DNA of 64,000 nt from an uncultured delta proteobacterium (lineage in GTDB: Bacteria > Desulfobacterota > Binatia > Binatales > Binataceae). The position numbers were made by a program, and so were the translations under genes. Numbering within the stretch: position 1 is the first letter of the stretch; the number at the start of each line of letters is the position of its first letter. The stretch lies in the NCBI GenBank assembly GCA_963765675.1, contig CAVXXK010000003.1, forward strand, positions 538,136-602,135, written 5' to 3'. Shown here piece after piece: positions 29,204 to 39,189 of this stretch. The notes beneath the pieces are model-generated. The model ran no database searches, had not been told where the DNA came from, and worked only from the letters and a program-made list of their open reading frames with translations.

Positions 29204-29476
29204 CTAGTCCGCCTTGGCGGCGTGGCCACCCTGCTTCACGCACTGCTGCGCGCTCGAAGTCATCACGTAGCCTTTGCCCTTACAGGAGTTCTGACCAGCG
29301 CATCCGCTCGAGGCGGTTTTGCACGCGCTCTGGCCCTTGCACGCATTGCCGCCTACGCATTTCACTTGCGCCGGCGCCGTTCCCGATCCAGCGCTGTCGG
29401 CCGCCATCGCGCTGCCGGTGAACATCAAGGCGACGGCGGTCGCGAGCATCGCACCGCCCAATGCTGATTTTCTCAT
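29204..29476 (-). CDS. Secreted Cys-rich RiPP precursor, bufferin BufA2-type
   Basis: AAGGAG RBS; Sec signal ending AMA; core KCVGGNACKGQSACKTASSGCAGQNSCKGKG...C (6 Cys); 34 nt upstream of DUF692. Confidence 0.9.
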   Translation of the reverse strand: MRKSALGGAMLATAVALMFTGSAMAADSAGSGTAPAQVKCVGGNACKGQSACKTASSGCAGQNSCKGKGYVMTSSAQQCVKQGGHAAKAD

Positions 29477-29583
29477 GAGTGATTCTCCTTAATCGCGATC
29501 GCGCGATGCCATCTTACCTACGGTCTCCAGTTCACGCCAAGGTATCGCAAACAAGGTGCCTGGTGATCTATCGTCGCGACTCG

Positions 29584-30396
29584 ATGAGTACGCAAGCATA
29601 TCGCTCGCCGTGGCCCGGAACTGCGGGAAGCCGCACCGCGCTGTTCTCGATCGGCGCCGGAATCGCGCTGATGTTCCTGGTAGGGCCGCTGGTCAAGCTC
29701 GTGGTGACGAGCAATCCGCGCGGTCTGCTCAATTCCTTTGCCGACCCCGAGGTCATGAGCGCGATCGGACTCAGCGTGCTCGCGGCAACGTGGGCGACCG
29801 CGCTCGGAGCGCTCATCGGACTTCCGCTCGGCTTCCTGCTCGCGCGGCATAGCTTTGCGGGCAAGCCGCTGGTCGAGGGGCTGATCGATCTGCCGGTGGT
29901 GATTCCGCATCCGATCGCCGGAATCGCGCTACTGTTCGTATTCGGACGCGGCTTTTTTGTCGGGCACACGTTTTCGATGATGGGAATCCATTTCGCCGGC
30001 GCAATTCCGGGAATCGTGATCGCGATGCTGTTCGTCTCGGCGCCGTTTCTGATCAACGCCGCGCGCGACGGCTTTGCCGCCGTCGATCCGCGGCTCGAAG
30101 GCGTTGCGCGCACGCTCGGGCGCGGTCCGTGGGCGGTCTTTTTTGGCGTCACGATTCCGCTGGCGCGGCCGTCGATCGTCTCGGGCGCGGTCATGATGTG
30201 GGCGCGGGCGCTCAGCGAGTTCGGCGCGGTGGTGGTGCTGGCGTACTATCCGATGACGGCGCCGGTGCTGATCTACGATCGCTTCGAGGGCTTCGGCCTC
30301 GACGCCGCGCAGCCGGTCGCCGCAGTGGTGGTGATCGTGGCGCTCGCGATCTTCGCTGCTCTAAGATGGCTGAACGTGCGCGCGCAGACGTCGTGA
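29584..30396 (+). CDS. Molybdate/tungstate ABC transporter permease (ModB/WtpB-like)
   Basis: LARHSFAGK..VE.LIDLPVVIPH.IAGIALL, EAA loop LEGVARTLG, WARALSEFGAV. Confidence 0.85.
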   Translation: MSTQAYRSPWPGTAGSRTALFSIGAGIALMFLVGPLVKLVVTSNPRGLLNSFADPEVMSAIGLSVLAATWATALGALIGLPLGFLLARHSFAGKPLVEGLIDLPVVIPHPIAGIALLFVFGRGFFVGHTFSMMGIHFAGAIPGIVIAMLFVSAPFLINAARDGFAAVDPRLEGVARTLGRGPWAVFFGVTIPLARPSIVSGAVMMWARALSEFGAVVVLAYYPMTAPVLIYDRFEGFGLDAAQPVAAVVVIVALAIFAALRWLNVRAQTS

Positions 30397-30417
30397 CGGT
30401 GTTGGTCCGCCGGGAAT

Positions 30418-31893
30418 CTAGCGGCGGGCGGCGGCGAGCATCTCGCCGCGGTCGGCGGCGTCGAACAGATGCAACTGATGCGGAGAGCCTCCGGCCGGTA
30501 TCTCGACCGGATATTTCCCGGTGAAGCAGGCGTCGCAGTAGCCCTCGCGATTTCCGTTGCCGACGAACGAGTACAGTCCTTCCCAGCTCAGGTAGCCGAG
30601 CGAGTCGGCGCCGATCCATCGCCGGATCTCCTCGACCGAGTGCGACGACGCGAGCAGCTCTTCGCGGGTCGGCGTGTCGATTCCGTAGAAGCACGAGTTG
30701 GTCGTGGGCGGCGCCGCGATTCGCATGTGGACTTCGCGCGCGCCCGCCTGCCGCAGCATCGGGATCACCTTGCGCAGCGTGGTTCCGCGCACCAGCGAAT
30801 CCTCGATCAGCACGATTCGCCTGCCGCGCAGCAGCTCTGCGACCGGGTTGAATTTGATCTTGACGCCGAAGTGCCGGATCGACTGGCGCGGCTCGATAAA
30901 CGTCCGGCCGACGTAATGGCTTCGGACCAGCGCCATCTCGAACGGGATCTTCGATTCTTCAGCATAGCCGAGTGCGGCCGCGGTGCCCGAGTCGGGCACC
31001 GGCACGACCAGGTCGGCCTCGGCGGGACACTCGCGCGCGAGCGCCCTGCCCTGCTGCTTGCGCACCGAATAGACATTGCGGCCGTAGAGCAGGCTGTCGG
31101 GCCGCGCAAAGTAAACATACTCGAAGATGCATCGCTTGGGTCCGGCGGGAGCGAACGGGCGCATCGAGCGCAGGCCGTTTTCGTCGACGATCACCATCTC
31201 GCCCGGCTCGATCTCGCGCACGTACTCGGCGCGGACCAGGTCGAGCGCGCAGGTCTCCGAGCTGACGATGGTCGCGCCGTTGAGCGTGCCCAGCACCAGC
31301 GGCCGAAAGCCGTGAGGATCGCGCACCGCGATCAGGCTTTTCTCCGTCAGCAACACCAGGGAGTACGCACCGCGCACCTGCGCCAGCGCCTCGATCAATT
31401 TTTCGGGCAGCGTGGCCGCGCGCGAGGCCGCGATCAGATGAATCACGATTTCGCTGTCCGACGACGAATAGAAAATCGTGCCGCCCGCTTCGAGCTGCTC
31501 GCGCAGCTCCTCGAAGTTGACGATATTGCCGTTGTGCGCGACCGCGAGGCCGCCTTTGGAGTATTCGACCACGATCGGCTGGCAGTTCTTGAGCGAGCTC
31601 GATCCCGTCGTCGAATAGCGGTTGTGGCCGATTGCGCTGGTGCCTTCGAGCTCAGCGATAATGCCGGAATTGAACACGTCCGCGACCAGGCCCATCCCGC
31701 GATGCGAGATTAACGCCTTGCCGTTGGAGGAAACGATTCCGGCCGACTCCTGCCCGCGATGCTGCAGCGCATACAGCCCCAAGTACGCCAGGTTGGCGGC
31801 CTCAGGATGGCCGTACACGCCGAAGACGCCGCACTCGTCGTGGAAGGCGTCGAGTTTCGATTCCTCGACTATCACCGCGCCGTCGTCAGTCAT
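30418..31893 (-). CDS. purF: Amidophosphoribosyltransferase
   Basis: ECGVFG propeptide site, [40 protein letters not shown]. Confidence 0.96.
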   Translation of the reverse strand: MTDDGAVIVEESKLDAFHDECGVFGVYGHPEAANLAYLGLYALQHRGQESAGIVSSNGKALISHRGMGLVADVFNSGIIAELEGTSAIGHNRYSTTGSSSLKNCQPIVVEYSKGGLAVAHNGNIVNFEELREQLEAGGTIFYSSSDSEIVIHLIAASRAATLPEKLIEALAQVRGAYSLVLLTEKSLIAVRDPHGFRPLVLGTLNGATIVSSETCALDLVRAEYVREIEPGEMVIVDENGLRSMRPFAPAGPKRCIFEYVYFARPDSLLYGRNVYSVRKQQGRALARECPAEADLVVPVPDSGTAAALGYAEESKIPFEMALVRSHYVGRTFIEPRQSIRHFGVKIKFNPVAELLRGRRIVLIEDSLVRGTTLRKVIPMLRQAGAREVHMRIAAPPTTNSCFYGIDTPTREELLASSHSVEEIRRWIGADSLGYLSWEGLYSFVGNGNREGYCDACFTGKYPVEIPAGGSPHQLHLFDAADRGEMLAAARR

Positions 31894-34123
31894 GGCTGGC
31901 TAGCCTCCGGGGAATTGCGGCTTCGTAAAGCTCGTACAACTCGTTTATGTTCTCGTTCACGGCTGGCGGGAGTGCGAGCCGCGGTTCAGCAAGCACGCGT
32001 CCGGCTTGATACACCGGCAATCGGCGGCCCGAGAATATCCGCGTCACCGCCGCGACTTGTTGCGGTGCGGCGGAGATCACTACGGTCGAAGGTCCTTCTC
32101 CAAACAATTCCACCGTATCGGCCAAGCCGTGCGCCGACAGATCAAGCTCAGCGCCCAGCCTCGCCTCGGGATTGAAACAGGCTTCCGCGATCGCCACCGC
32201 GAGCCCGCCTTCGGCTGCGTCGTGACATGATCTTATCAACCCGTGGTCAGCGCATTCAACCAGCCCTTCGAGCAGGGCATTTTCGCGCGCCAGATCGATC
32301 GGACTGAGCGCCTCGTCGCTGTCGCCGTACATCGCGGCGTACTCCGACGCGGCGAGCGACGGCCGCACCGTGCGGACGATCAGAATCGCATCGCCGGCGC
32401 GCTTGAAATGCGAGGTGACGTGATGCGCGACGTCGGTGAGCAAGCCGACTACCGCGATCGTCGGAGTCGGCGGAATCGCGCGGCCTTCGGTCTCGTTGTA
32501 GAAACTCACGTTGCCGCTCACGACGGGCGCTCCGATCGCGCGCGCCGCGTCGCCGAGGCCGCGCACGCCCTCGGCGAATTGCCACATGATCTCGGGCCGC
32601 TCGGGATTTCCGTAGTTGAGGCAATTCGTGATTCCGACCGGTCGCGCGCCGACGCATGCGACATTGCGCGCCGCCTCGATCACGGTCGCGACCGCGCCGG
32701 CGTAGGGATCGAGCGCGCACGCGCGAGGATTTGAATCGACCGTGAGCGCGATCGCGCGCCGCGATCCTTTGATCCGCAACACCGCCGCGTCACCGCCCGG
32801 CCCGCGCACCGTATTGCTCTGCACGATCGAATCGTACTGGCGATAGACCCATCTTTTCGACCCGATGTTCGGATTCGAGAGCATCGCTCGCAGCGCCGCC
32901 GCGGGCGTGGGATCGTCGCGGCGGTTACGCGCGGGATTCTTTTGCGGAGATTTCGGCGGATGCGCGGGGCGATCGTAAACCGGAGCGTCGTCGGCGAGCG
33001 CGCCGGCCGGAATATCGGCGACGACTTGTCCGCGCCATCGCGCACGCCATCGACGGTCGGCGGTGATTTCGCCAATTACGACCGCGTGCAGATCCCATTT
33101 CTCGAACACCGCCTGCAACTCGGCTTCGCGTCCGCGCTCGGCGACGATCAACATCCGCTCCTGCGATTCCGAGAGCAGAATTTCATACGGGGTCAGGCTC
33201 TGCTCGCGCAGCGGAACCTTGTCGAGATCGAGATCGATCCCGAGTCCGCCGCGCGCCGCCATCTCGGAGGACGACGAGGTCAGTCCCGCCGCGCCCATGT
33301 CCTGAATCGCTACGATCGCGCCGGTCTTGCCGGCTTCGAGACAGGCCTCGATCAGCAGCTTTTCGGTGAACGGATCGCCGACCTGCACCGTAGGCCGCTT
33401 GGATTCGCTCTCGGCGTCGAACTCGGCCGAGGCGAGCAGCGACGCGCCGTGAATTCCGTCGCGGCCGGTCGCCGAGCCGACGTACAGGACCGGATTGCCG
33501 ACGCCGCGCGCCTTCGCGCTCCATAACCCTCCGGCGCGCGCGAGTCCGAGCGAGAAAGCGTTGACCAGGATATTGCCGTTGTACGCCGCGTCGAACATCA
33601 CCTCGCCCGCGACGGTCGGCACTCCGACGCAGTTGCCGTAGCCGCCGATTCCGCCGACCACGCCGCCGAGCAGGTAGCCGGTCCGCGGATGATCGAACGA
33701 TCCGAATTTCAGCGAGTTCATCGAGGCTACAGGCCGCGCGCCCATCGTGAAAATGTCGCGCAGGATTCCGCCGACGCCGGTCGCCGCGCCCTGATACGGC
33801 TCGACGTACGAAGGATGGTTATGGCTTTCGATTTTGAACACGGCGACCCATCCGTCGCCGAGGTCGATCGCGCCAGCATTCTCGCCCGGTCCGCCCTGCA
33901 CAACGAGCTCGCTCTTCTGCGGGAGCGTGCGCAGATATTTTCGCGACGATTTGTACGAACAGTGCTCCGACCACATGACCGAGAAGACACCCAACTCGGT
34001 AAAGGTCGCGACACGTCCGAGGATTTGTTTGACGCGCTCGAACTCCTCGGGAGAAAGGCCGTGCGCGCGAGCCTGCTCGAGATCGACTCGAGGCTCGCCG
34101 GGCAATGCGACAGGCGTCGTCAT
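31886..34123 (-). CDS. purL: Phosphoribosylformylglycinamidine synthase subunit PurL
   Basis: [49 protein letters not shown]. Confidence 0.97.
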   Translation of the reverse strand: MTTPVALPGEPRVDLEQARAHGLSPEEFERVKQILGRVATFTELGVFSVMWSEHCSYKSSRKYLRTLPQKSELVVQGGPGENAGAIDLGDGWVAVFKIESHNHPSYVEPYQGAATGVGGILRDIFTMGARPVASMNSLKFGSFDHPRTGYLLGGVVGGIGGYGNCVGVPTVAGEVMFDAAYNGNILVNAFSLGLARAGGLWSAKARGVGNPVLYVGSATGRDGIHGASLLASAEFDAESESKRPTVQVGDPFTEKLLIEACLEAGKTGAIVAIQDMGAAGLTSSSSEMAARGGLGIDLDLDKVPLREQSLTPYEILLSESQERMLIVAERGREAELQAVFEKWDLHAVVIGEITADRRWRARWRGQVVADIPAGALADDAPVYDRPAHPPKSPQKNPARNRRDDPTPAAALRAMLSNPNIGSKRWVYRQYDSIVQSNTVRGPGGDAAVLRIKGSRRAIALTVDSNPRACALDPYAGAVATVIEAARNVACVGARPVGITNCLNYGNPERPEIMWQFAEGVRGLGDAARAIGAPVVSGNVSFYNETEGRAIPPTPTIAVVGLLTDVAHHVTSHFKRAGDAILIVRTVRPSLAASEYAAMYGDSDEALSPIDLARENALLEGLVECADHGLIRSCHDAAEGGLAVAIAEACFNPEARLGAELDLSAHGLADTVELFGEGPSTVVISAAPQQVAAVTRIFSGRRLPVYQAGRVLAEPRLALPPAVNENINELYELYEAAIPRRLASHD

Positions 34124-34806
34124 GCGTGCTCTGCGATCGATTGAAAAATCTTGCGGCCGTCGGTGCCACCGAGCATCGCTTCGACCGCGTGCTCGGGATG
34201 CGGCATCAGGCCGAAGACATTGAAGCGCTCGTTGGCGACGCCGGCGATCGCGCGCATCGAGCCGTTGGGATTCGCGGCGTCGCTCTCGATGCCATCGGCG
34301 CCGCAGTAGCGCAGAATTATCTGCCCGCGCTCTTCCATCTGGCGCAGTTCATCTTCCGGCGCGACGTAGAGTCCCTCGCCGTGCTTGATCGGCAGATTGA
34401 GCACGTCGCCCTGGCGAGTCGCGCGAGTAAACGGAGTCTTCGCGTTTTCAACCCGCACATGGACCTGCTGGCAGATAAAGGAAAGTGAGCGGTTGCGCGT
34501 TAGCGCGCCGGGCAGCAGATGCGCTTCGCACAGAATCTGGAAGCCGTTGCACGTGCCGATCACCAGCCCGCCGTCGGCGGCAAATTTCTCGACGCTCTTC
34601 ATGATCGGAGAAAAGCGCGCGATCGCGCCGGTGCGCAGATAGTCGCCGTAGCTGAAGCCTCCCGGCAGCAGGACGCACTCGGCGCCGCCGAGCGACGTGT
34701 CCTTGTGCCACAGGATCGCGGCCTCCTGCCCCATCACTTCCACGAGAGCATAGAGGGCGTCACTGTCGTCGAGCGAACCGGGGAACCTGACGACGCCCCA
34801 CTTCAT
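34120..34806 (-). CDS. purQ: FGAM synthase glutaminase subunit
   Basis: [34 protein letters not shown]. Confidence 0.96.
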   Translation of the reverse strand: MKWGVVRFPGSLDDSDALYALVEVMGQEAAILWHKDTSLGGAECVLLPGGFSYGDYLRTGAIARFSPIMKSVEKFAADGGLVIGTCNGFQILCEAHLLPGALTRNRSLSFICQQVHVRVENAKTPFTRATRQGDVLNLPIKHGEGLYVAPEDELRQMEERGQIILRYCGADGIESDAANPNGSMRAIAGVANERFNVFGLMPHPEHAVEAMLGGTDGRKIFQSIAEHA

Positions 34807-35048
34807 TCGCCTTCGACCTCGAAGGTGAAATCCTCGATATTCGGATTCGCGAGCAGCCGCTCGCACATCCGGCGGGTTTCCTCGCGCGCGGCGGCGGCGT
34901 TTTTTGCCGCGACGTCGAGCACGATATATTTCCCGACCTTGACGCCGGAGACCTCGGGGAAGCCGAGCGTCTTGAGCGACTGCTCGACGACGCGCCCTTG
35001 CGGATCAAGGATTCCCTTGCGCGGCGTGATGAAGACCTTTACCTGCAC
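34803..35048 (-). CDS. purS: FGAM synthase subunit PurS
   Basis: LDPQG, VGK, LLANPNIEDF. Confidence 0.95.
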   Translation of the reverse strand: MQVKVFITPRKGILDPQGRVVEQSLKTLGFPEVSGVKVGKYIVLDVAAKNAAAAREETRRMCERLLANPNIEDFTFEVEGE

Positions 35049-35067
35049 GCGATTCCTCGGTTATGCC

Positions 35068-35116
35068 GCCCTAACCCGACCTAACCCCTGCCCCCTTCCC
35101 GCACGGGAAAGGGGGA
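35068..35116. repeat. REP-like hairpin related to family A
   Basis: CCTAACCC.ACCTAACCCC.GCCCCCTTCCC-gcac-GGGAAAGGGGG. Confidence 0.6.
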
Positions 35117-35218
35117 CTATGGCCGACTGCCTCAGACCGTTCGATCATCCTTCTACCCCGCGGAGCATCTCGCATAGATCATGAGGACGCCAATCGGGAG
35201 ATTGGCGTTCCCGGCCGG

Positions 35219-35935
35219 TCATGCTTCCACTCGGCGGAGCATTTCGTGGTAGGCCTCTTCGACGCCGCCCAGGTCACGGCGGAAGCGATCCTTGTCGAGC
35301 TTCTGGCGCGTCGCCTTGTCCCAGAAGCGGCAGGTGTCGGGACAGATTTCGTCGCCGAGCAGGATCTGTCCATGATGCCGCCCGAATTCGAGCTTGAAAT
35401 CGACCAGCAGCACGCCGCGCTCGTCGAGGAAGCTCGTCAGGAGCTCATTGATGCGCAACGCCTGTTTTTTGATTTCCGTGAGCTCGGCCTCCGTCGCCCA
35501 TCCGAACGCGATCGCGTGCTCGGGATAGATCAGCGGATCATCGAGCGGGTCGGACTTGTAATAATACTCGACGAACGGATGCTTCAGCGTCTCGCCCTCC
35601 TGGCGGCCGAGTCGCTTGGCGAGTGAACCGGCAACGATATTGCGCACGACGGTTTCGACCGGCACGATATCGAGCCGCTTGCACAGCATCTGGCGATCGT
35701 CGAGGCGGCGGACGAAATGCGTCTTGACGCCCTGCTTCTCGAGCATCGTGAAGAACAACTCGGACATCCGGTTGTTCATCACGCCCTTGTCTTCGATCGT
35801 GCCGCGCTTCTTGGCGTTGAAGGCGGTCGCGTCGTCTTTGAAATACTGGATGATGAGGTCGGGGTTCGAAGTCGCGTAAAGCTTCTTCGCCTTGCCCTCG
35901 TAAAACTGCTCGCCGCGCTGCGGAGTGGATTCCAA
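35219..35935 (-). CDS. purC: SAICAR synthase
   Basis: YEGKAK, KDDATAFN, VRNIVAGS, YKSD.LDDP, DFKLEFG, DEICPDTCRFWD, LDKDRFR; TTG start after AGGAG. Confidence 0.95.
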   Translation of the reverse strand: MESTPQRGEQFYEGKAKKLYATSNPDLIIQYFKDDATAFNAKKRGTIEDKGVMNNRMSELFFTMLEKQGVKTHFVRRLDDRQMLCKRLDIVPVETVVRNIVAGSLAKRLGRQEGETLKHPFVEYYYKSDPLDDPLIYPEHAIAFGWATEAELTEIKKQALRINELLTSFLDERGVLLVDFKLEFGRHHGQILLGDEICPDTCRFWDKATRQKLDKDRFRRDLGGVEEAYHEMLRRVEA

Positions 35936-36066
35936 ATTCCTGTCTCCTAATGTGTATTTGTCTTTCAACTATCTGACCACGCCGGCTTGAACAACAAAAG
36001 CTTCGCGCGATCTATCCACAAACCAAACTTGTATTCACAGCGCCGCGCCGATTGCGACGCTGGGGG

Positions 36067-37494
36067 TCATCGCGCTCGCGTCTTGGGCGAGTCACCACCG
36101 CCGGGGGCGAAGCGCTCGACCAGCTCCTCGGCCAGGCCGACGTAGCTGCGCGGCGACAGGGCGCGCAGCGCGGCGCGCGCGGATTCATCGAGCGGGAGCG
36201 TCGCGATAAATTCCTCGATCAGCTTGCGGCTGACGGGACGCCCGCGCGTCAGTTCCTTGAGCATCTCGTAGGGCCGCGGCATCCCGCGCGCCCGCATGAG
36301 AGTTTGAATCGCCTCGGCCACGACTTCCCATGCCTGCTCCGCGTCGAGGTCCTCAGCGATTCGGCGCTCGTTGACCTCGACTCTCGCAAGCCCGCGCTCG
36401 AGGGCGGCGAGCGCCACGACGACATGACCGAATGCGGTGCCGATCGCGCGCAGCGCGGTCGAGTCGGTCAGATCGCGCTGCCATCGCGAGATCGGCAGCT
36501 TGGTCCCCAGATGCTCGAACAGGGCGCTCGCGATTCCCAGGTTACCCTCGCAGTTCTCGAAATCGATCGGGTTGATCTTGTGCGGCATGGTCGAGCTGCC
36601 GGTTTCGCCCTTGACCGCCTTCTGCGCGAAGTAGCCGATCGAGATGTAGCTCCACATGTCGCGGCAGAATCCGAGCAGGATCGTGTCGAGCCGGACCATG
36701 ATCGCGAACATCTCGGCGATAAAGTCGTGGCTCTCGATCTGCGTCGTCAGCGGATTCCAGGTGAGCCCCTGCGCTTCGACGAAGCGGCGCGAATGATCGA
36801 TCCAGTCGAGCGCGGGCGCGGCGAACCGGTGCGCGTTGAAGTTGCCCACCGCGCCGTTGATCTTGCCGAGATACTCCTGGCGGCGAAGCTGCGCGAGTTG
36901 GCGCTCGAGCCGAGCCGCGAAAATCGCGATCTCCTTGCCGACCGTGGTTGGCGAGGCCTCTTGCCCGTGCGTCCGCGCCAGCATCGCCAGCGCCTTGTAG
37001 CGATGCGCGATCGACGCAATCGCCGCGAGAGTTTTTTCGATTCGTGGAGTCAGCTCATGCTCGGAAAATTCCTTCAGGATGAGCGCGTAGGCGAGGTTGT
37101 TGATGTCCTCGCTGGTGCAGGCGAAGTGCACGATCTCGACTGGCAGCTTCGCATCGAGCGCTGCGACTTTTTCCTTGACGAAATACTCGACCGCTTTGAC
37201 GTCGTGATTGGTCTCGGCCTCGAGCGCTTTGACGCGTGCGGCATCGGCGAGCGAGAAGTCCGCGTAGATCGCGCGCAGCTTCGCAACTGATGCGGCCGGA
37301 ATCGACGCGAGCGCCATGAATGCAGGGCTCGCGGCGAGCGACAGGTACCATTCGATTTCGACCCGGACGCGATAGCGGATAAGCGCAAATTCGCTGAAGT
37401 AATTCTGCAGCGCCGCAGTGCGCGCGCGATAGCGTCCGTCGATCGGCGTGACCGCCATCAAGGCTTCTTCCGCAGCCTGCTTGGCGATGCTCAT
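36067..37494 (-). CDS. purB: Adenylosuccinate lyase
   Basis: PIDGRY, TNHDVKAVEY, TSEDIN, RTHGQ, GSSTMPHKINPIDFEN, SRWQRDLTDS. Confidence 0.96.
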   Translation of the reverse strand: MSIAKQAAEEALMAVTPIDGRYRARTAALQNYFSEFALIRYRVRVEIEWYLSLAASPAFMALASIPAASVAKLRAIYADFSLADAARVKALEAETNHDVKAVEYFVKEKVAALDAKLPVEIVHFACTSEDINNLAYALILKEFSEHELTPRIEKTLAAIASIAHRYKALAMLARTHGQEASPTTVGKEIAIFAARLERQLAQLRRQEYLGKINGAVGNFNAHRFAAPALDWIDHSRRFVEAQGLTWNPLTTQIESHDFIAEMFAIMVRLDTILLGFCRDMWSYISIGYFAQKAVKGETGSSTMPHKINPIDFENCEGNLGIASALFEHLGTKLPISRWQRDLTDSTALRAIGTAFGHVVVALAALERGLARVEVNERRIAEDLDAEQAWEVVAEAIQTLMRARGMPRPYEMLKELTRGRPVSRKLIEEFIATLPLDESARAALRALSPRSYVGLAEELVERFAPGGGDSPKTRAR

Positions 37495-37863
37495 GGCTTC
37501 GCAAGGCCTCGAAAAGAGCTTTTTCGGTCGGTCAAATCTTTGCCTAATGAATAGGCAAATGGCTCGTAACCTATCGAAATAGTTCCTAAATATGAGCCAG
37601 ATAATTCAGAACTAATTGGGTTCGTTTGGTAAATTTCGCAATCTGCGAAACAAACTTCCCAATTATCGCTTCGATGGCGGAGCCGCGAGATGATGCGCGC
37701 GATTTTTGGATACGTTACAGACCGAGTTGGAAGCAGTTGCTTCACTCAAACACTTTAGCGCAGATCCGGCCGCCGAGTAAGGGCGTGAGACGGGAATCAA
37801 GTCTCACGGCTTGGCGCGGAGCACCGATGCGGTGGTACCGCAGGCCTCCCGGGTCTTCGTAAT

Positions 37864-39189
37864 TCAGGGACCGATCGTGACGCCCAGCGGTCCGGTGAAT
37901 CCGTTGACGGTAGTGTTGGCCGTCGAAGTGGTGAAATTCGGCTGTCCGATCACGACGCTGGCGTTCATCCCGTTGGTGAACTTCGGCCCTCCAACGATCG
38001 GATTATAGATGAGCACACGGTTGTTGTTGGGGTCGGCGACGTAGAGATTCCCGGCGCTATCGAACCGCACATCCGAGGCGCTCGCGAGTCCGTTCTGAGT
38101 GGTTGCGGAATTCGAGCTGGTGAAGTTCTGCTGCCCGATGACGACGCTTGCGTTCATGCCGTTTGAGAATGGCGGCACGAACTCGAGTGCCCGGTTATTC
38201 GCTGAATCCGCCACCCACAGGTCACCATCAGGATCGAAGGCCACGCCGAACGGCGCCGCGAGCGTGCTCTGCGTCGTGCCGCCTCCGCCCGAAACAAAGT
38301 TGGTCTGGCCGATGACCAGGCTCGCACTCTCTCCGGTGGATAGCGGTGTGGTGAATTCGAGCACCCGATTGTTAGAGTAGTCGGCAACCCAAAGATTGCC
38401 GGACGGATCAAAAGTGAAGAACTGCGGCAGATTGAAGTTGCTGGCCGTGGTGGCACCGCCGGTGGAAGTAAAATCAGTCTGACCGATCACCAGGCTCGCG
38501 TTCATCCCGTCGCTGAATGGCGGTGCGAATCCAAGGATGCGATTGTTGTCGAAGTCGCTCGCCCACAAATTGCAGGCCGCGTCGAACGCCACTCCGACCA
38601 CGTTGTTCATATTGCTCTGCGATGCGGGTATGCCGCTGGAACCGCCATTAGTGGTGAAATTCGCCTGACCGACTACGGTAGTGGCGTTCATCCCGTTGCT
38701 GAATGGCGGCACAAAATCGATCACGCGGCCAAAATAGAAATCTCCCGACCATAGATTGCCGAACTGATCGTATGCGGTGGCTTCGGGATTTCCCATCCCG
38801 TTCTGCGTCACGTTCTGGCCCGAGCTGGTGAAGTTGGGCTGGCCAAAGACCACGCTCGCGCTCATCCCTGTGGTGAATGGCGGCAGGAACTCGAGAACTC
38901 GTTGATTGCCGCTGTCGCTCACGAGCAACGATCCGGTGGTTGGAGGGACGCCGACCACGCAAGTCGGCGTGGCAGTCGGCGTCGGCGTTGCGGTTGCGGT
39001 CGCCGTGGCGGTCGGGGTCGGAACGCCGGTCGGGGTTACGGTTGCTGTAGGAATTATACTCGGCGTGGCGGTCGGAGTGACCGGAGGTTTCTTGCTCTTG
39101 CAGCTTGGGCAGGGATCGCACGCTTGCGAGTACACCGCCGAAAACACGATCAGGCCAAGCAGCGCGAGCTTCCTCGCGTAGATTCGCAT
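37864..39189 (-). CDS. NHL-repeat beta-propeller protein, probable lipoprotein with Pro/Thr stalk
   Basis: Signal peptide ending SQA-C; (TP/TA)n linker; six PPFSNGMNASVVIGQxNFT-type repeats with P.GVAFD..GNLWVAD..NNRVL. Confidence 0.85.
   Translation of the reverse strand: MRIYARKLALLGLIVFSAVYSQACDPCPSCKSKKPPVTPTATPSIIPTATVTPTGVPTPTATATATATPTPTATPTCVVGVPPTTGSLLVSDSGNQRVLEFLPPFTTGMSASVVFGQPNFTSSGQNVTQNGMGNPEATAYDQFGNLWSGDFYFGRVIDFVPPFSNGMNATTVVGQANFTTNGGSSGIPASQSNMNNVVGVAFDAACNLWASDFDNNRILGFAPPFSDGMNASLVIGQTDFTSTGGATTASNFNLPQFFTFDPSGNLWVADYSNNRVLEFTTPLSTGESASLVIGQTNFVSGGGGTTQSTLAAPFGVAFDPDGDLWVADSANNRALEFVPPFSNGMNASVVIGQQNFTSSNSATTQNGLASASDVRFDSAGNLYVADPNNNRVLIYNPIVGGPKFTNGMNASVVIGQPNFTTSTANTTVNGFTGPLGVTIGP

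Noticed and set aside
29477-29583. SigF/ECF promoter or ModE box for the RiPP operon and modB
   Set aside because: Only partial matches with unconvincing spacing
37491-37745. 84-aa ORF upstream of purB, and 77-aa ORF at 20064-20297
   Set aside because: Atypical codons, no RBS or recognisable domain; better explained as non-coding AT-rich DNA, though the ATGA overlap with purB is noted
37495-37863. Known purine-related riboswitch (ZTP, purine, PRPP)
   Set aside because: Conserved core sequences not found by eye; kept only as an unknown structured leader
37864-38900. NHL repeats as DGR template/variable repeats
   Set aside because: In-frame propeller blades with differences not confined to adenines; no reverse transcriptase in the window
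38960-39085. Low-complexity nucleotide repeats as a VNTR or contingency locus
   Set aside because: Encodes the Thr/Pro linker with mixed codons; not a perfect tandem array
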